Shown: positions 28,353 through 38,563, numbered from the stretch's first letter. The stretch: DNA of 64,000 nt from an uncultured Chloroflexia bacterium (GCA_963746845.1 CAVVCZ010000007.1:60488-124487); one strand, 5' to 3'. Numbers and translations are program-made. The notes: generated from the letters alone by a model not told the origin.

Positions 28353-29828
28353 TCAAGCGAGGACGGCCTGGCCGATCTCGTCCTCCTCGACCTGGTGACC
28401 GCCGCGCATGGCCGACACGCCGGCCCCGATCAGGCTGAACACGACGCCCACCGCGAACGCGAGCTGGAGCGCCTCAATGAACGGACCGAGGTCGATCCCG
28501 GCCGAGCCGGTCTGCGCGCCGGAGAACACCGCGAGGAGCACCTCGGGATTCACAACGCTCGTCACGAGGCCCAGCGCCAGGGCGATGCTCACCATGAACC
28601 CGACCTGCGTGAGCATCATCCTTGCGCCCGCACCCATCCCGCGTTTGTCGGCCGGGATCGCGCCCATGACGGCACTGGTGTTCGGTGAGGCAAAGAGGCC
28701 CGAGCCGGCGCCCACGATGAGCTGCCACAGGACGAGCTGCCAGATCGGCGTGTCGACGGCGATCGTGAGCGCCAGCCCGGCGAGCCCGACCGCGGTGACC
28801 AGCATGCCCGCCGTGGCGAGCATCCGCGATCCGGAGCGGTCGGCGAGCGCCCCGCTGATCGGCGACAGCACGAGCAGCCCGATCGCCAGCGGGCTCAGGA
28901 GGATCCCGGCCGTGACCGGATCGAACCCGCGCACGCCCTGGAGGTAGAAGACGAGCAGGAACAGGACGCCGTTCCGGGCGATCCCGTTGAGCAGGCTCGT
29001 CAGGTTGCCCATCGAGAAGAGCCGATTTCGGAAGAGCCCGAGGTCGAGGAGCGGATCCCGGCGGTTCCGCTCGACGAGCAGGAACACCGGGAGCGCGACG
29101 AGGAACGTCACGAAGCCGCCGACGATCCACCACGTCGTCCAGCCGTAGATCCCGCCGAACCCGAGCGCCGCCATCAGCCCGGTGAGCCCCGCGATGCACA
29201 GGACGGTGCCGGGGACGTCGAACCGGCGGCGGGTCTGCGGCCGGACCTGCTCGACCAGGAGGCCCGCCGCGGCGAGCGACCCGACGATCCCGATCGGCAC
29301 GTTGAACCAGAAGATCGTCCGCCAGCCGTAGGTCGTCAGCCAGCCGCCGAGGATCGGCCCGAGAATCTGCCCCGCCCCGATGACCATCGCGTTGATCCCG
29401 AGGGCCCGGCCCAGCTCGCGGCGCGGGAACGCGTCGGTGACCAGCGCGGCGGAGTTCGCCATCAGGAGCGCCCCGCCGACGCCCTGGAGCACCCGGCCGC
29501 CGATCAGCAACAGATCGGTCGGCGCGAGCGCACACCCGATCGAGGCGATCGTGAACACGACGAAGCCCGTCGTGTACGAGCGGGCCCGGCCGATCTGGTC
29601 GGCGATGGTGCCGGCGTTCAGGACGAGGACGGTCGCGACGAGCGTGTAGCCGATGACGATCCAGAGCAGCGCGAACAGGGTCGTCTGGAGGTCCCGGAGG
29701 ATGTCCGGCAGGGCGATGATCAACGTCCCGGAGGTCAGCGAGGCGAGCAGCGCGCCCAGGCTCGTGACCGCGAGAACGACCCAGCGGTAGTTGTCGCGGG
29801 TCTCGCCCGCCGCATGCCTAACCTTCAC
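28353..29828 (-). CDS. MFS transporter, DHA2-type (14 TM) drug:H+ antiporter family
   Basis: 491 aa, 14 predicted TM helices, MFS motif A-like GRV.QG.GGAL region. Confidence 0.85.
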   Translation of the reverse strand: MKVRHAAGETRDNYRWVVLAVTSLGALLASLTSGTLIIALPDILRDLQTTLFALLWIVIGYTLVATVLVLNAGTIADQIGRARSYTTGFVVFTIASIGCALAPTDLLLIGGRVLQGVGGALLMANSAALVTDAFPRRELGRALGINAMVIGAGQILGPILGGWLTTYGWRTIFWFNVPIGIVGSLAAAGLLVEQVRPQTRRRFDVPGTVLCIAGLTGLMAALGFGGIYGWTTWWIVGGFVTFLVALPVFLLVERNRRDPLLDLGLFRNRLFSMGNLTSLLNGIARNGVLFLLVFYLQGVRGFDPVTAGILLSPLAIGLLVLSPISGALADRSGSRMLATAGMLVTAVGLAGLALTIAVDTPIWQLVLWQLIVGAGSGLFASPNTSAVMGAIPADKRGMGAGARMMLTQVGFMVSIALALGLVTSVVNPEVLLAVFSGAQTGSAGIDLGPFIEALQLAFAVGVVFSLIGAGVSAMRGGHQVEEDEIGQAVLA

Positions 29829-29876
29829 GTTGACGTGAAGGATAATCCGACGTCTCGATCCGTGCTGTCGATGGCC

Positions 29877-30872
29877 TCAGTCGATCGGCTTGCGGAAGGT
29901 CGCGCTCCGGCCGACGACACGGAACCCGCAGCCCTCGTAGACCCGGAACGCGCCCGACTCGTTCTCCGAGTCCACGTTGAGCGCGGCCTCGGTCATCCCG
30001 CGGGCCCGGAGCAGGGGGAAGCTCGCGGCGATCAGCGCACGCGCCAGGCCGCGTCGGCGCCACGGCGCGCGGACGCTGATGTTCTCGACGTAGCCGCGCT
30101 TGCGGCGAAACTGCTCGTTCTGCTCGTCGTGGATGAACGAGCGGACCTGGCCCGCGACCTCGTCACCGTCCCAGGCGATCCGCCACAGGGTGGTGTCGCT
30201 CGTGACCGGATCCGTCCGGAACCGCTCGAAGTCCGCCTCGTCGCCGGGCTCGTTGCCCCACGTCCCCGCGAACGCCTCCTGTCCCGCGTCCCAGATCGCG
30301 CGGAGGTGCTCCGGCTGGACCTCGCGGATCTCGAGACCGTCGGGCAGCGGCGCGTCGGGCAGGTCGTCGACCGACGGCCGGACCATCGCGAACCAGTACC
30401 GGATCGGGGTGTAGCCGCGCTCGAGCAGGATCGCGCTCCGCTCGGGCGCCTCGTCGCCGCCGAACGTATCGAGCACGTTCCGCCCGGGCTCCCGCTCGGC
30501 CGCGATCTCCCGCGCCCGCGACTCGAGTGTCTCGATCAGCCCCCGGAGGACGGCACCACCCGCCTCGTCGGCGGACGCGAACGGGTTGAGCTCGTACCGC
30601 CCCAGCCCGTCCGGATCGCGACGGAACCCGACCCGGCCGTACGCGACAAGCCTGCCGTCCCGCTCGGCGACGTACACGTCGCGCGCAGGGTCGGAGTCCG
30701 GCAGGTGGTCGTAGAACGCCGCGAACTGCTCGTCGGTGGTCGTGAAGTTGTGGCCCTCGGCCCGCCGGATCGCGTTCGCGATCGCGTTCATCGCCGGGTA
30801 GTCCTCCGGGGCCCGAAGCCGACGAAGCACGACACCGACCGCAGGGTCGTTCGTGGCCGACGGGCTCGTCAC
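29877..30872 (-). CDS. two-domain GNAT-family N-acetyltransferase (MshD-like architecture)
   Basis: 331 aa with two GNAT folds; the second carries the acetyl-CoA binding motif RRRGLARALIAA. Assignment to mycothiol synthase is only by architecture. Confidence 0.6.
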   Translation of the reverse strand: MTSPSATNDPAVGVVLRRLRAPEDYPAMNAIANAIRRAEGHNFTTTDEQFAAFYDHLPDSDPARDVYVAERDGRLVAYGRVGFRRDPDGLGRYELNPFASADEAGGAVLRGLIETLESRAREIAAEREPGRNVLDTFGGDEAPERSAILLERGYTPIRYWFAMVRPSVDDLPDAPLPDGLEIREVQPEHLRAIWDAGQEAFAGTWGNEPGDEADFERFRTDPVTSDTTLWRIAWDGDEVAGQVRSFIHDEQNEQFRRKRGYVENISVRAPWRRRGLARALIAASFPLLRARGMTEAALNVDSENESGAFRVYEGCGFRVVGRSATFRKPID

Positions 30873-30873
30873 G

Positions 30874-31872
30874 TCAGTCGATCGTGAAGTGGTCCGGGCC
30901 CTGGTAGCGGCCGGTCCGCTCCTTCTCGATCTGCATGAGGACGTCGTTGAGCAGCGATGACGCCCCGAACCGGAACCAGTCCGGGCTCATCCAGCGCGGC
31001 CCGAGGGTCTCGTACAGGACGACGAGGTACTGGATCGCCTCCTTGGCGACACGGATCCCGCCCGCGGGCTTCATCCCGACCTGGCGGCCCGTCTGGCGCT
31101 CGAAGTCCCGGATCGCCTCGAGCATCACCAGCGTCACGGGGAGCGTCGCGGCGGGTACGACCTTGCCGGTCGAGGTCTTGATGAAGTCGGCGCCGGCGGC
31201 CATCGCCAGCACGGAGGCCCGGCGGACGTTGTCATAGGTCTCGAGCTCGCCCGTCTCGAGGATCACCTTCAGGTGGGCCTCGCCGCAGGCGTCCTTGACG
31301 TCGACGATCTCCTCGAACACGGTCAGGTAGTCGCCCCGGAGGAACGCCCCGCGGTCGATGACCATGTCGATCTCGTCGGCGCCCGCCTCGGAGGCCGCCC
31401 GGGTCTCGGCGATCTTGATGTCGCGGAAGGTCTGGCCGGACGGAAAGCCCGTCGCGACCGAGGCGACCTTGACGGTCGAGCCCTTCAGGGCGTCCTTCGC
31501 GTCCTCGATCATCGTCGGGTAGACGCAGATCGCCGCGACCGAGGGGATCGTCGGGTCACCCGGCTGGGGGTGGATGCCCTTTGCGCAGAGCGCGCGAACC
31601 TTGCCCGGGGTGTCCTTCCCCTCGAGGGTCGTCAGGTCGATCATCCGGATCGCGAGGTCCAGCGCCCACAGCTTCGAGGCCTTCTTGATCGAGCGCTTCT
31701 TTAGGCTGTCGACCCGCTCCTCGACGCCGACCTGGTCGACGCTGCTGACCCGTCCGAGGAGGCTGCCGAGCGCGCCCGGCCGGCCGTCCCACGAGCGGAC
31801 GAGCTCATGGGCGCGTTCGCGGGCGAGCGTGTCCGGGCGATGGACCGTGGCCATGGGACGGTGAGGATACAC
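30874..31872 (-). CDS. deoC: deoxyribose-phosphate aldolase (long form)
   Basis: DeoC motifs SVATGFPSG and FIKTSTGK (Schiff-base Lys region), with an N-terminal extension. 332 aa. Confidence 0.75.
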   Translation of the reverse strand: MYPHRPMATVHRPDTLARERAHELVRSWDGRPGALGSLLGRVSSVDQVGVEERVDSLKKRSIKKASKLWALDLAIRMIDLTTLEGKDTPGKVRALCAKGIHPQPGDPTIPSVAAICVYPTMIEDAKDALKGSTVKVASVATGFPSGQTFRDIKIAETRAASEAGADEIDMVIDRGAFLRGDYLTVFEEIVDVKDACGEAHLKVILETGELETYDNVRRASVLAMAAGADFIKTSTGKVVPAATLPVTLVMLEAIRDFERQTGRQVGMKPAGGIRVAKEAIQYLVVLYETLGPRWMSPDWFRFGASSLLNDVLMQIEKERTGRYQGPDHFTID

Positions 31873-31907
31873 CGGCCCCGACGAGCCTCAGGGACGGGCC
31901 CGCGCCC

Positions 31908-34082
31908 TCAGCGGCCGGCCCGGATCTTCGGCAGCGGCGGCAGGGCGCGCTTGCCCTCGACCAGGAAGTGCCGGAACCAGTCCCGGACGACCTTCAGGTT
32001 CTCGGCCCGACGGAACGGCGTGCCGGAGCGCGTCAGCTCGTGGGTCTCCTCGGGAACCCGGAGCAGGCGGACCGGCCGCTTGTGTGAGCGGAGGACCGTG
32101 AACAGCTCCTCGGCCTGGCCGATGGTCGTCCGGATGTCGTTCTCGCTGTGCTGGATGAGAAGCGGCGTCGTGATCCCGTCGGCATGCGTGATCGGCGAGA
32201 TCTCGCGGAAGTACGCCGCGTCGTCCCATGGCACGGCCTTGAACTCGTAGCGCGGCCAGAACCCGCTGCTGATGTCGCCGGTCAGGAACAGGAGCGACAT
32301 GTCGCTCACCGATCGGCAGGTCATCGCCGCGGCGAACCGGCCGTCCTGACCGAGGATCCAGTTCGTCAGGTAGCCGCCGTACGAGCCGCCGGTCAATCCG
32401 AGCCGGGCCGGGTCGGCCAGACCGTCGGCGACCAGCGAATCGATCCCGGCGAGGACGTCTCGCATTGGTCCGGGGCCCCAGTCGCGGATGTTCGCCTCGT
32501 TGAACGCGCGACCGTAGCCCTCGGAGCCGCGTGGGTTGCAGAAGAAGACCCCGATCCCGGTCGCGGCGAGCAGCTGGAACTCGAGCATCGGCGACCAGCC
32601 GTACAGGGTGTGCGGCCCGCCGTGGATCTCGGTGACGAGCGGCGCGGGTGCGGGGCGACGCCGACCGGTCCCCTTCGAGCCGTCGGTCGTCGCCGGGGCC
32701 GGCGCGAGGTACCACCCCTGGATCCGCCGGCCGTCGACGGTGACCCAACGCTCGACGGGCTCGCGCAGCTCGACCTCCGCGTGGAACTCGTGGTTCAGGT
32801 CCGTGACCCGGCGCGGCTCGCCCCGGGCGCCGTCGCGGACCCACACGTCGCTCAGCTCCGTCGGCGACGACTGGAGCCAGGCCGTTCGAGTGCTCCCGGA
32901 CCCGGTCGACTGATCGAACGCGCTGATCCCGTGGTGGCCGGTCGTCAGCCGCTCGACGCGGCCGTCCGCGGCCGACACGCGATACAGCTCCTGGCTCCCC
33001 TCGGCGGGTGCGAGGAACGTGATCCAGGCCCCGTCGGCGGAGGCGACCAGCCGCGCCGGCTCACCGGGGACGATGTCGCTGTTGAGGGTCGACGCCGGCA
33101 TCAGGTCGTGGGCGCCGGTCAGGTTGCGCCCGCCGCGTGGCACGGCGGCATCCGACCCGTCGGCGGCGATCAGCCAGACATCACTGCGGTAGAAGTTCCC
33201 GGGCAGGTACCCGCCGAGCGCCGCGACCGCCGAGCCGTCGGGCAGCCAGGTCGGGTTGAACAGGATCGCGGGGTCGCCGGTCAGCCGGGTGCGCCGGCCG
33301 TCCGCGATGTCCAGGGCCACGAGATGCGAGCGGGTCTCGAGATCGTGGTCGCGGCGGAGGTTCGTTGCGTAGACGATGCGGCGGCTGTCGGGCGACCAGG
33401 CCGCGCCCCCGACGCCCGCGTGCTCGGACGTGAGACGGCGCGCCTCGCCCGTTCGCGCGTCCACAAGCCACAGCTGGGCGATCGTGTGGTAGACGAAGCC
33501 CGCCCCGTTGAACAAGTAGCCGAGTCGGTCGACGAAGTGGTAGTCGGACTCGGGCTCGTCACCCGGCTTCGGCGTCGGGGTCGTGCCGCGCAACCGGCGG
33601 TCCTCGACGCGCGTCGAGCCGCGGGACGAGCTCGACGCCAGGAGCCAGCGACCGTCCGGCGACCACTCGAAGCTGTCGACGCCGCGCGGCAGGTCCGTGA
33701 GCCGGCGCGCCTCGCCGCCGTCGAGCGACAGCAGGTGCACCTGCTGGGCATCCTCGCGCGTCTTCGGGTCGCCGGCCGTCGGCTCCTCCTCGACCTGGAG
33801 CCGTCGATCCGACAGGAACGCGAGCGTCCTCCCGTCGGGCGAGAAGCGGGGCGACCGATCGTGCCGGGATCCGATCGTCAGACGACGCGGCTCGCTCGCC
33901 CCGTCCGCCTCGACGGCCCACAGCGCGTGGCGGTAGCCGTCCATCGTCGGGGCGACGGTCTGGACCGTGAAGACCGCCAGCCGGCCGTCCGGCGAGAGAC
34001 GCGGCTCGGTCGCGATCCGGAAGCGGTACAGGTCCTCCGGCCGGAACGAACGCCGTACGGGCTTCGAGGTTCGGGTGGACAC
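31908..34082 (-). CDS. S9-family serine peptidase (prolyl oligopeptidase/acylaminoacyl-peptidase type) with N-terminal beta-propeller
   Basis: 724 aa. Repeated WSPDG/FSPDG propeller motifs, C-terminal catalytic GGSYGGY (Ser nucleophile), and the Asp/His region. Confidence 0.85.
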   Translation of the reverse strand: MSTRTSKPVRRSFRPEDLYRFRIATEPRLSPDGRLAVFTVQTVAPTMDGYRHALWAVEADGASEPRRLTIGSRHDRSPRFSPDGRTLAFLSDRRLQVEEEPTAGDPKTREDAQQVHLLSLDGGEARRLTDLPRGVDSFEWSPDGRWLLASSSSRGSTRVEDRRLRGTTPTPKPGDEPESDYHFVDRLGYLFNGAGFVYHTIAQLWLVDARTGEARRLTSEHAGVGGAAWSPDSRRIVYATNLRRDHDLETRSHLVALDIADGRRTRLTGDPAILFNPTWLPDGSAVAALGGYLPGNFYRSDVWLIAADGSDAAVPRGGRNLTGAHDLMPASTLNSDIVPGEPARLVASADGAWITFLAPAEGSQELYRVSAADGRVERLTTGHHGISAFDQSTGSGSTRTAWLQSSPTELSDVWVRDGARGEPRRVTDLNHEFHAEVELREPVERWVTVDGRRIQGWYLAPAPATTDGSKGTGRRRPAPAPLVTEIHGGPHTLYGWSPMLEFQLLAATGIGVFFCNPRGSEGYGRAFNEANIRDWGPGPMRDVLAGIDSLVADGLADPARLGLTGGSYGGYLTNWILGQDGRFAAAMTCRSVSDMSLLFLTGDISSGFWPRYEFKAVPWDDAAYFREISPITHADGITTPLLIQHSENDIRTTIGQAEELFTVLRSHKRPVRLLRVPEETHELTRSGTPFRRAENLKVVRDWFRHFLVEGKRALPPLPKIRAGR

Positions 34083-34117
34083 GACGGCGACGAGTCTAGC
34101 GCTACCATCCCTCGACG

Positions 34118-34888
34118 ATGCGCGACCAGCTGTCGCTGCCGCTGGAGCCCGACGTCCAGCCGCTGCCGAACCTTCCCGACGGGCTGCGGCCGATGCTCCC
34201 CCGGATGATCGCCGAGCCCTTCGACTCCGCGGTCCACCTGTTCGAGCCGGCCTGGGGCGGGACCCGGGCGCTGGCGTTCATCGGGCCGGCCGAGGACCCG
34301 GGCGCCGGCGAGGTCCGGATCCTCGACGGCGAGGGTCGCGACCTGGGCCCCGCCCTGCCGGAGCTCGCGGGGATGGCGGTGCGCGTCGACGCGCGGTCCG
34401 CGGTGCTCGACGGGGAGCTCGTTGCGGTCGACGAGGCGGGCCGCGCGGACCCGGCCGAGCTGGCACGCCGGATCGGCGGAGGCGCCGGCCGGCCGGTGGC
34501 GTTCCTGGCATTCGACCTCCTCCACATCGATGGGCGGTCGCTGCTCTCGACGCCGCTCCACAAGCGACGCAACCTCCTGCGCCGGATCCTGCACCCGGGC
34601 GACGAGGTCCTCGCGGTGCCCGCGATCGCCACCGAGGGCCGGGCCCTCCACGCCGCGGCCGCGGCGCAGGGGATCGCCGGGGTGATGGCGCGCCAACGGA
34701 CGAGCCCGTACCTCCCGGGCACGATCTCGCGGCTGTGGCGGTTCATCGCAACGGAGCCCAACCCGACCCCGGCGGCCGCGGCGAACCCGGATCTGGGCCT
34801 GGGGCTGGAGCTGACCGAGCCGAGCGCGACGGCCGCGGCCCCGGTGGTCGCCTTGATCCGGAGACTCCCCCTGCTCTTCGACGAGTAG
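34118..34888 (+). CDS. ATP-dependent DNA ligase adenylation-domain homologue lacking the motif I lysine
   Basis: 256 aa. Ligase motifs III (AVLDGELVAV), IV (FDLLHIDG) and a V-like motif (GIAGVMARQ) are present. Motif I reads FEPAWGGTR instead of EPKxDGxR (K to A, D to G). No OB domain. Confidence 0.55.
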   Translation: MRDQLSLPLEPDVQPLPNLPDGLRPMLPRMIAEPFDSAVHLFEPAWGGTRALAFIGPAEDPGAGEVRILDGEGRDLGPALPELAGMAVRVDARSAVLDGELVAVDEAGRADPAELARRIGGGAGRPVAFLAFDLLHIDGRSLLSTPLHKRRNLLRRILHPGDEVLAVPAIATEGRALHAAAAAQGIAGVMARQRTSPYLPGTISRLWRFIATEPNPTPAAAANPDLGLGLELTEPSATAAAPVVALIRRLPLLFDE

Positions 34889-34964
34889 CCCGTTTCGCAC
34901 TCGACTGCGTTCGTCGCGCATGGGCGTCGCTGGCAAGGCGGCGGGGAGGACAGAGCGAGCGCCT

Positions 34965-36344
34965 TCAGGGTGCGTGAGCGAGGACCGCAGCCGCCAACGC
35001 AGTCCAGCGGCGTTCAGGCGCGACAGCGCTATCCCCGGCGGGCGCCGTCACGTAGGCGCGGATCCCGGGGCGCTGGCCGTAGAGGAGCACGCCGGCGCCG
35101 TAGATCCGGACCGCGATGACCGCGGTCACGAGGATCGTCAGGACGAGGATCGAGATCGAGACGACGAGCTCCATCGGATCGACCCGCCCGACGGCCAGCC
35201 GGGTGAGCATCACGAACGGGCTCCAGAACGGGATGTACGAGGCGAGGCGGATGAACCAGGTGATCCCGCCGGTCAGGGCGAGGATCGCCTGGAGGTAGCC
35301 GAGGATCGCGATCAGGCTGAGCGGCAGGGCGATGATCTGGAGGTCCTCGGGCCGGCTCACGAGGGACCCGGCCGCCGCGTAGATCAGCGAGTACAGCGCG
35401 AAGCCCAGGACGTAGTAGACGGCAAACGCGGCGAGGAGTGTCGGCGTCAGGGCCGCGAGCGACGGCGCGATGCCGGCCGACGGACCGAGGACGGCGTTCG
35501 CGATCCGATCCTCGAGGAGCAGCACGAGGATCGCCGGCGTGAGCACGATCGCGACCTGGGTCGCCCCGGCCAGCCCGATCCCGAGCGCCTTCCCGATGAC
35601 GAGCTGGCGGGGCGACGCGGCGCTGATCAGCAGCTCCATGACCCGTGACGACTTCTCCGCGACGACGCCCGCCGCGACCCACATCCCGTAGATCACGATC
35701 GTCAGGAAGATCAGGATCCCGAAGACCGCGCCGACGATCAGCCGGCTGGCATACGCCGAGGCGCCGATTGTCGAGGTCCCGCCGCCGCCGGCGGCGCGCA
35801 GGATCTGGGTGTCCGGCAGCTCGAACCCGCTCGCCGGGTTGCGACTCGCGTAGTCGAGAACCGCGACGCCGAACATCCCGAGCGTGAGCTGGGTGAGCGT
35901 GTCGTTGCCCATCGTCTCGCCGAGCTGGACCTGGGTGACGAGCTGGCCGTTCGGCTGGCGGGTCGTGATGATGGCCGCGTCGTACTGGTGGTCCCCGACG
36001 CCGTTCACCGCCTCGCCGCCGCTCGGGACGCGGACGACGTCGAAACGGGTGCCACCGTTCTGGTTGAGGATCGCCAGCAGCGTGGAGGCGGTCCGCTCGG
36101 CGAGCGCCGGGTCCGTGGCGACGACGGCGATCCGCGTCGAGCCGCCGCGCTCGACGAAGCGGGCCGCGATCGGCAGCAGCGCCACGATCAGGGCGATGAT
36201 CGTCAGGGTCACCGTCGACACGTGGAAGATCCGCGAGCGGACGAGCTCGCGGTACTCGCGCGTCGCGACGTGGGTCGTGTTCGGGAAGGCCGGCTCGTCG
36301 CGCTCCGGGACGTCCCCCGTGCTCGGCGTCGACGTGCCGTTCAT
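34965..36344 (-). CDS. ABC-2 family transporter permease
   Basis: 459-aa protein starting MNGTSTPSTG..., with an N-terminal TM plus large extracytoplasmic loop and a C-terminal 5-6 TM ABC-2 core. ATG at 36342-36344 overlaps the ATPase stop. Confidence 0.75.
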   Translation of the reverse strand: MNGTSTPSTGDVPERDEPAFPNTTHVATREYRELVRSRIFHVSTVTLTIIALIVALLPIAARFVERGGSTRIAVVATDPALAERTASTLLAILNQNGGTRFDVVRVPSGGEAVNGVGDHQYDAAIITTRQPNGQLVTQVQLGETMGNDTLTQLTLGMFGVAVLDYASRNPASGFELPDTQILRAAGGGGTSTIGASAYASRLIVGAVFGILIFLTIVIYGMWVAAGVVAEKSSRVMELLISAASPRQLVIGKALGIGLAGATQVAIVLTPAILVLLLEDRIANAVLGPSAGIAPSLAALTPTLLAAFAVYYVLGFALYSLIYAAAGSLVSRPEDLQIIALPLSLIAILGYLQAILALTGGITWFIRLASYIPFWSPFVMLTRLAVGRVDPMELVVSISILVLTILVTAVIAVRIYGAGVLLYGQRPGIRAYVTAPAGDSAVAPERRWTALAAAVLAHAP

Positions 36345-37333
36345 GCTGCGTCCTCCGCGGTCGACGGCCGGGCGGTCGCGGGGTCCGTCGCCGCGCGCCC
36401 GGCCGCCTCGACCGGCGGCTCCTCGGCGTCGACCGGCCGACCGACGTGGTCGATGAAGATCTGCTCGAGCGACGGCTCGGCGACCTCGAAGTGGCTGACC
36501 CGCGTCCCGGCGGCCATCGCCGCCGCGAGGATGGTCTCCGGCTCGACGCCGGCGTCCAGCTCGATCTCGGACCGATCGATCCCCGGTCGCAGGATCCGCG
36601 CGCCCGGGACGCCGGCCAGCCAGCCGAGGCGATGGTCGCCGTCGACCGAGAGGCGGACCAGGCGCCGGCCGCCGGCTCGCTTGATCTGGCGGAGGGGCCC
36701 GCCCACCACGACCCGGCCGTGATCGACGATCGCGATCAATTCGCACATCGCCTCGACCGTCTCCATCTGGTGGGTCGACAAGATCAGCGTCCGGCCGCCG
36801 TCGCGGAGCTCGAGCAGCGCCTCCCGCAGCAGCGCGACGTTGACCGGATCGAGCCCCGTGAACGGCTCGTCCATCAGGAGCACGGGCGGCTCGTGGAGGA
36901 CCGCGGAGATCAGCTGGATCTTCTGCTGGTTGCCCTTGGACAGCTCCTCCGCCCGTCGCTCGGCGAGGTCCGAGACCCGCAGCCGGCGCAGCCAGTCGAG
37001 AGCCGCCTTGCGCGCGACGTCGCGGGTCATCCCGTGGAGCGACGCGAAGAACACGAGCTGGTCGAGGACGACCATCCGCGGGTAGAGCCCACGCTCCTCG
37101 GGCAGGTAGCCCCAGGTCCGGCGCGGCAGCCCGCGCGTGTCGGCGCCGTTCCAGTCGATCCGGCCGTGATCCGCGGCGAGGACGCCGAGCGCGATCCGCA
37201 TCGTCGTCGTCTTGCCGGCGCCGTTCGCGCCGAGGAACCCGAAGATCTCGCCGCTCGGGACCTCGAACGTCAGCCCGTCGAGGGCCACGACCGAGCCGAA
37301 GTGCTTGTGCAGATTCTCGATGCGCAGGCTCAC
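36341..37333 (-). CDS. ABC transporter ATP-binding protein (with C-terminal extension)
   Basis: Walker A GANGAGKTTT, signature LSKGNQQKIQL, Walker B LLMDEPFTGLD. 330 aa. Confidence 0.9.
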   Translation of the reverse strand: MSLRIENLHKHFGSVVALDGLTFEVPSGEIFGFLGANGAGKTTTMRIALGVLAADHGRIDWNGADTRGLPRRTWGYLPEERGLYPRMVVLDQLVFFASLHGMTRDVARKAALDWLRRLRVSDLAERRAEELSKGNQQKIQLISAVLHEPPVLLMDEPFTGLDPVNVALLREALLELRDGGRTLILSTHQMETVEAMCELIAIVDHGRVVVGGPLRQIKRAGGRRLVRLSVDGDHRLGWLAGVPGARILRPGIDRSEIELDAGVEPETILAAAMAAGTRVSHFEVAEPSLEQIFIDHVGRPVDAEEPPVEAAGRAATDPATARPSTAEDAA

Positions 37334-37496
37334 CGCGCCTCACCGATCCGGACGCTCACCGGCGGAGGATAGCCCGCGATCCCCCCGACCGTCCCCGGAC
37401 GATGGTCCCGGGCCATGCGATGATGACCCGGTGACCGCGCAGCGTGAAACCACCGAATCACCCGCCGGGAGCGGCTCGCCGACGGCGCCCGTCCGG

Positions 37497-37841
37497 ATGC
37501 ACGCGGATCGCGCCGCCCGCACGTTCGCGATCGACTGGGCGGACGGCCACACGACCGTCTACGACTTCACGCCGCTGCGCTGGCTGTGCCCATGCGCGTA
37601 CTGTCGGGGCGAGGCCGGGCTGCCCGGCTGGCTGGACTCCGCGCCGACCCTGACCGACGAGCAGACACGGATGACCGACATCCATCTCGTCGGCAACTAT
37701 GCGGTCTCGCCGCACTGGGGCGACGGCCACTCGACCGGGTTCTACACGTTCCGCCTGCTCCGCGACCGCTGTCCGTGCCCGGAGTGCACGGCCCGCCGCG
37801 CGGCCGACACCGAGCAGGGCGTCCACCACCAGCACGCATGA
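37497..37841 (+). CDS. DUF971-family protein
   Basis: FAIDWADGHTTVYDFTPLRWLCPCAYCRGE ... IHLVGNYAVSPHWGDGHSTGFYTFRLLRDRCPCPEC, matching the DUF971 pattern including two Cys clusters. Start could also be the GTG at 37431. Confidence 0.6.
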   Translation: MHADRAARTFAIDWADGHTTVYDFTPLRWLCPCAYCRGEAGLPGWLDSAPTLTDEQTRMTDIHLVGNYAVSPHWGDGHSTGFYTFRLLRDRCPCPECTARRAADTEQGVHHQHA

Positions 37842-37851
37842 GGGAGCTCCG

Positions 37852-38199
37852 ATGATCGTCGCCACGACCCCGTCCATTGCCGGCTACCGCGTCGTCGAGA
37901 CGAAGGGCCAGACGTTCGGGCTCGTCGTCCGCAGCCGAGGCTTCTCCGGCAACCTGATCGCCGGGCTGCGCTCGCTCGGCGGCGGCGAGATCCACGAGTA
38001 CACGTCGCTCCTCGAGGACACCCGACGCCAGGCCCTCGACCGGCTCGTGAAGAACGCGACGCTGATGGGCGGCAATGCCGTCGTCTCGATGCGCTTCGAC
38101 AGCTCGGAGCTGGCCGGGACGATGTCCGAGATCGTCGCGTACGGCACGTCCGTGGTGATCGAGCCCGATTCCGCCGCGCCCCAGGCGACGGCCGAGTAG
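37852..38199 (+). CDS. YbjQ/UPF0145-family protein (heavy-metal-binding domain fold)
   Basis: MIVATTPSIAGYRVVETKGQTFGLVVRSRGFSGNLIAGLRSLGGGEIHEYTSLLEDTRRQALDRLVKNATLMGGNAVVSMRFD..., the classic UPF0145 sequence. GAGGGA RBS upstream. Confidence 0.75.
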   Translation: MIVATTPSIAGYRVVETKGQTFGLVVRSRGFSGNLIAGLRSLGGGEIHEYTSLLEDTRRQALDRLVKNATLMGGNAVVSMRFDSSELAGTMSEIVAYGTSVVIEPDSAAPQATAE

Positions 38200-38221
38200 C
38201 GGGCCGCCCGCAGAACGCCCG

Positions 38222-38563
38222 ATGCTCAGCCCGACGGTCCGGATCGTCGCCGCGGCGATCGCGGTCCTGCTGCTCCTCGGCGGCCTGATCGCGACGCCGT
38301 TCGCGGGGTTCAGCGGGATCTGGGCAACCGTGATCGGCGCGGTGATCCTCATCGCCCTCGTGATCGAGCGGAACCGCTACCGATCGGAGGCGGCCGATCG
38401 ATCGTTCGACGGGGCCGGTCCGGGCGGCGGCGAGCCGATCGGCACGCTCGAGCCGCGTTTCCGGCCGACCGAGGAACGGTTCGTCGACCCGACGACGCGT
38501 CGCCGCATGCGCGTCTACCTCGACAACCGCTCCGGCGAGCGGCGCTACGTGGCGGAGGATTGA
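38222..38563 (+). CDS. small hypothetical membrane protein (2 TM)
   Basis: 113-aa ORF with two hydrophobic helices followed by a charged tail. Co-oriented with ppk1 immediately downstream. No recognisable family. Confidence 0.35.
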   Translation: MLSPTVRIVAAAIAVLLLLGGLIATPFAGFSGIWATVIGAVILIALVIERNRYRSEAADRSFDGAGPGGGEPIGTLEPRFRPTEERFVDPTTRRRMRVYLDNRSGERRYVAED

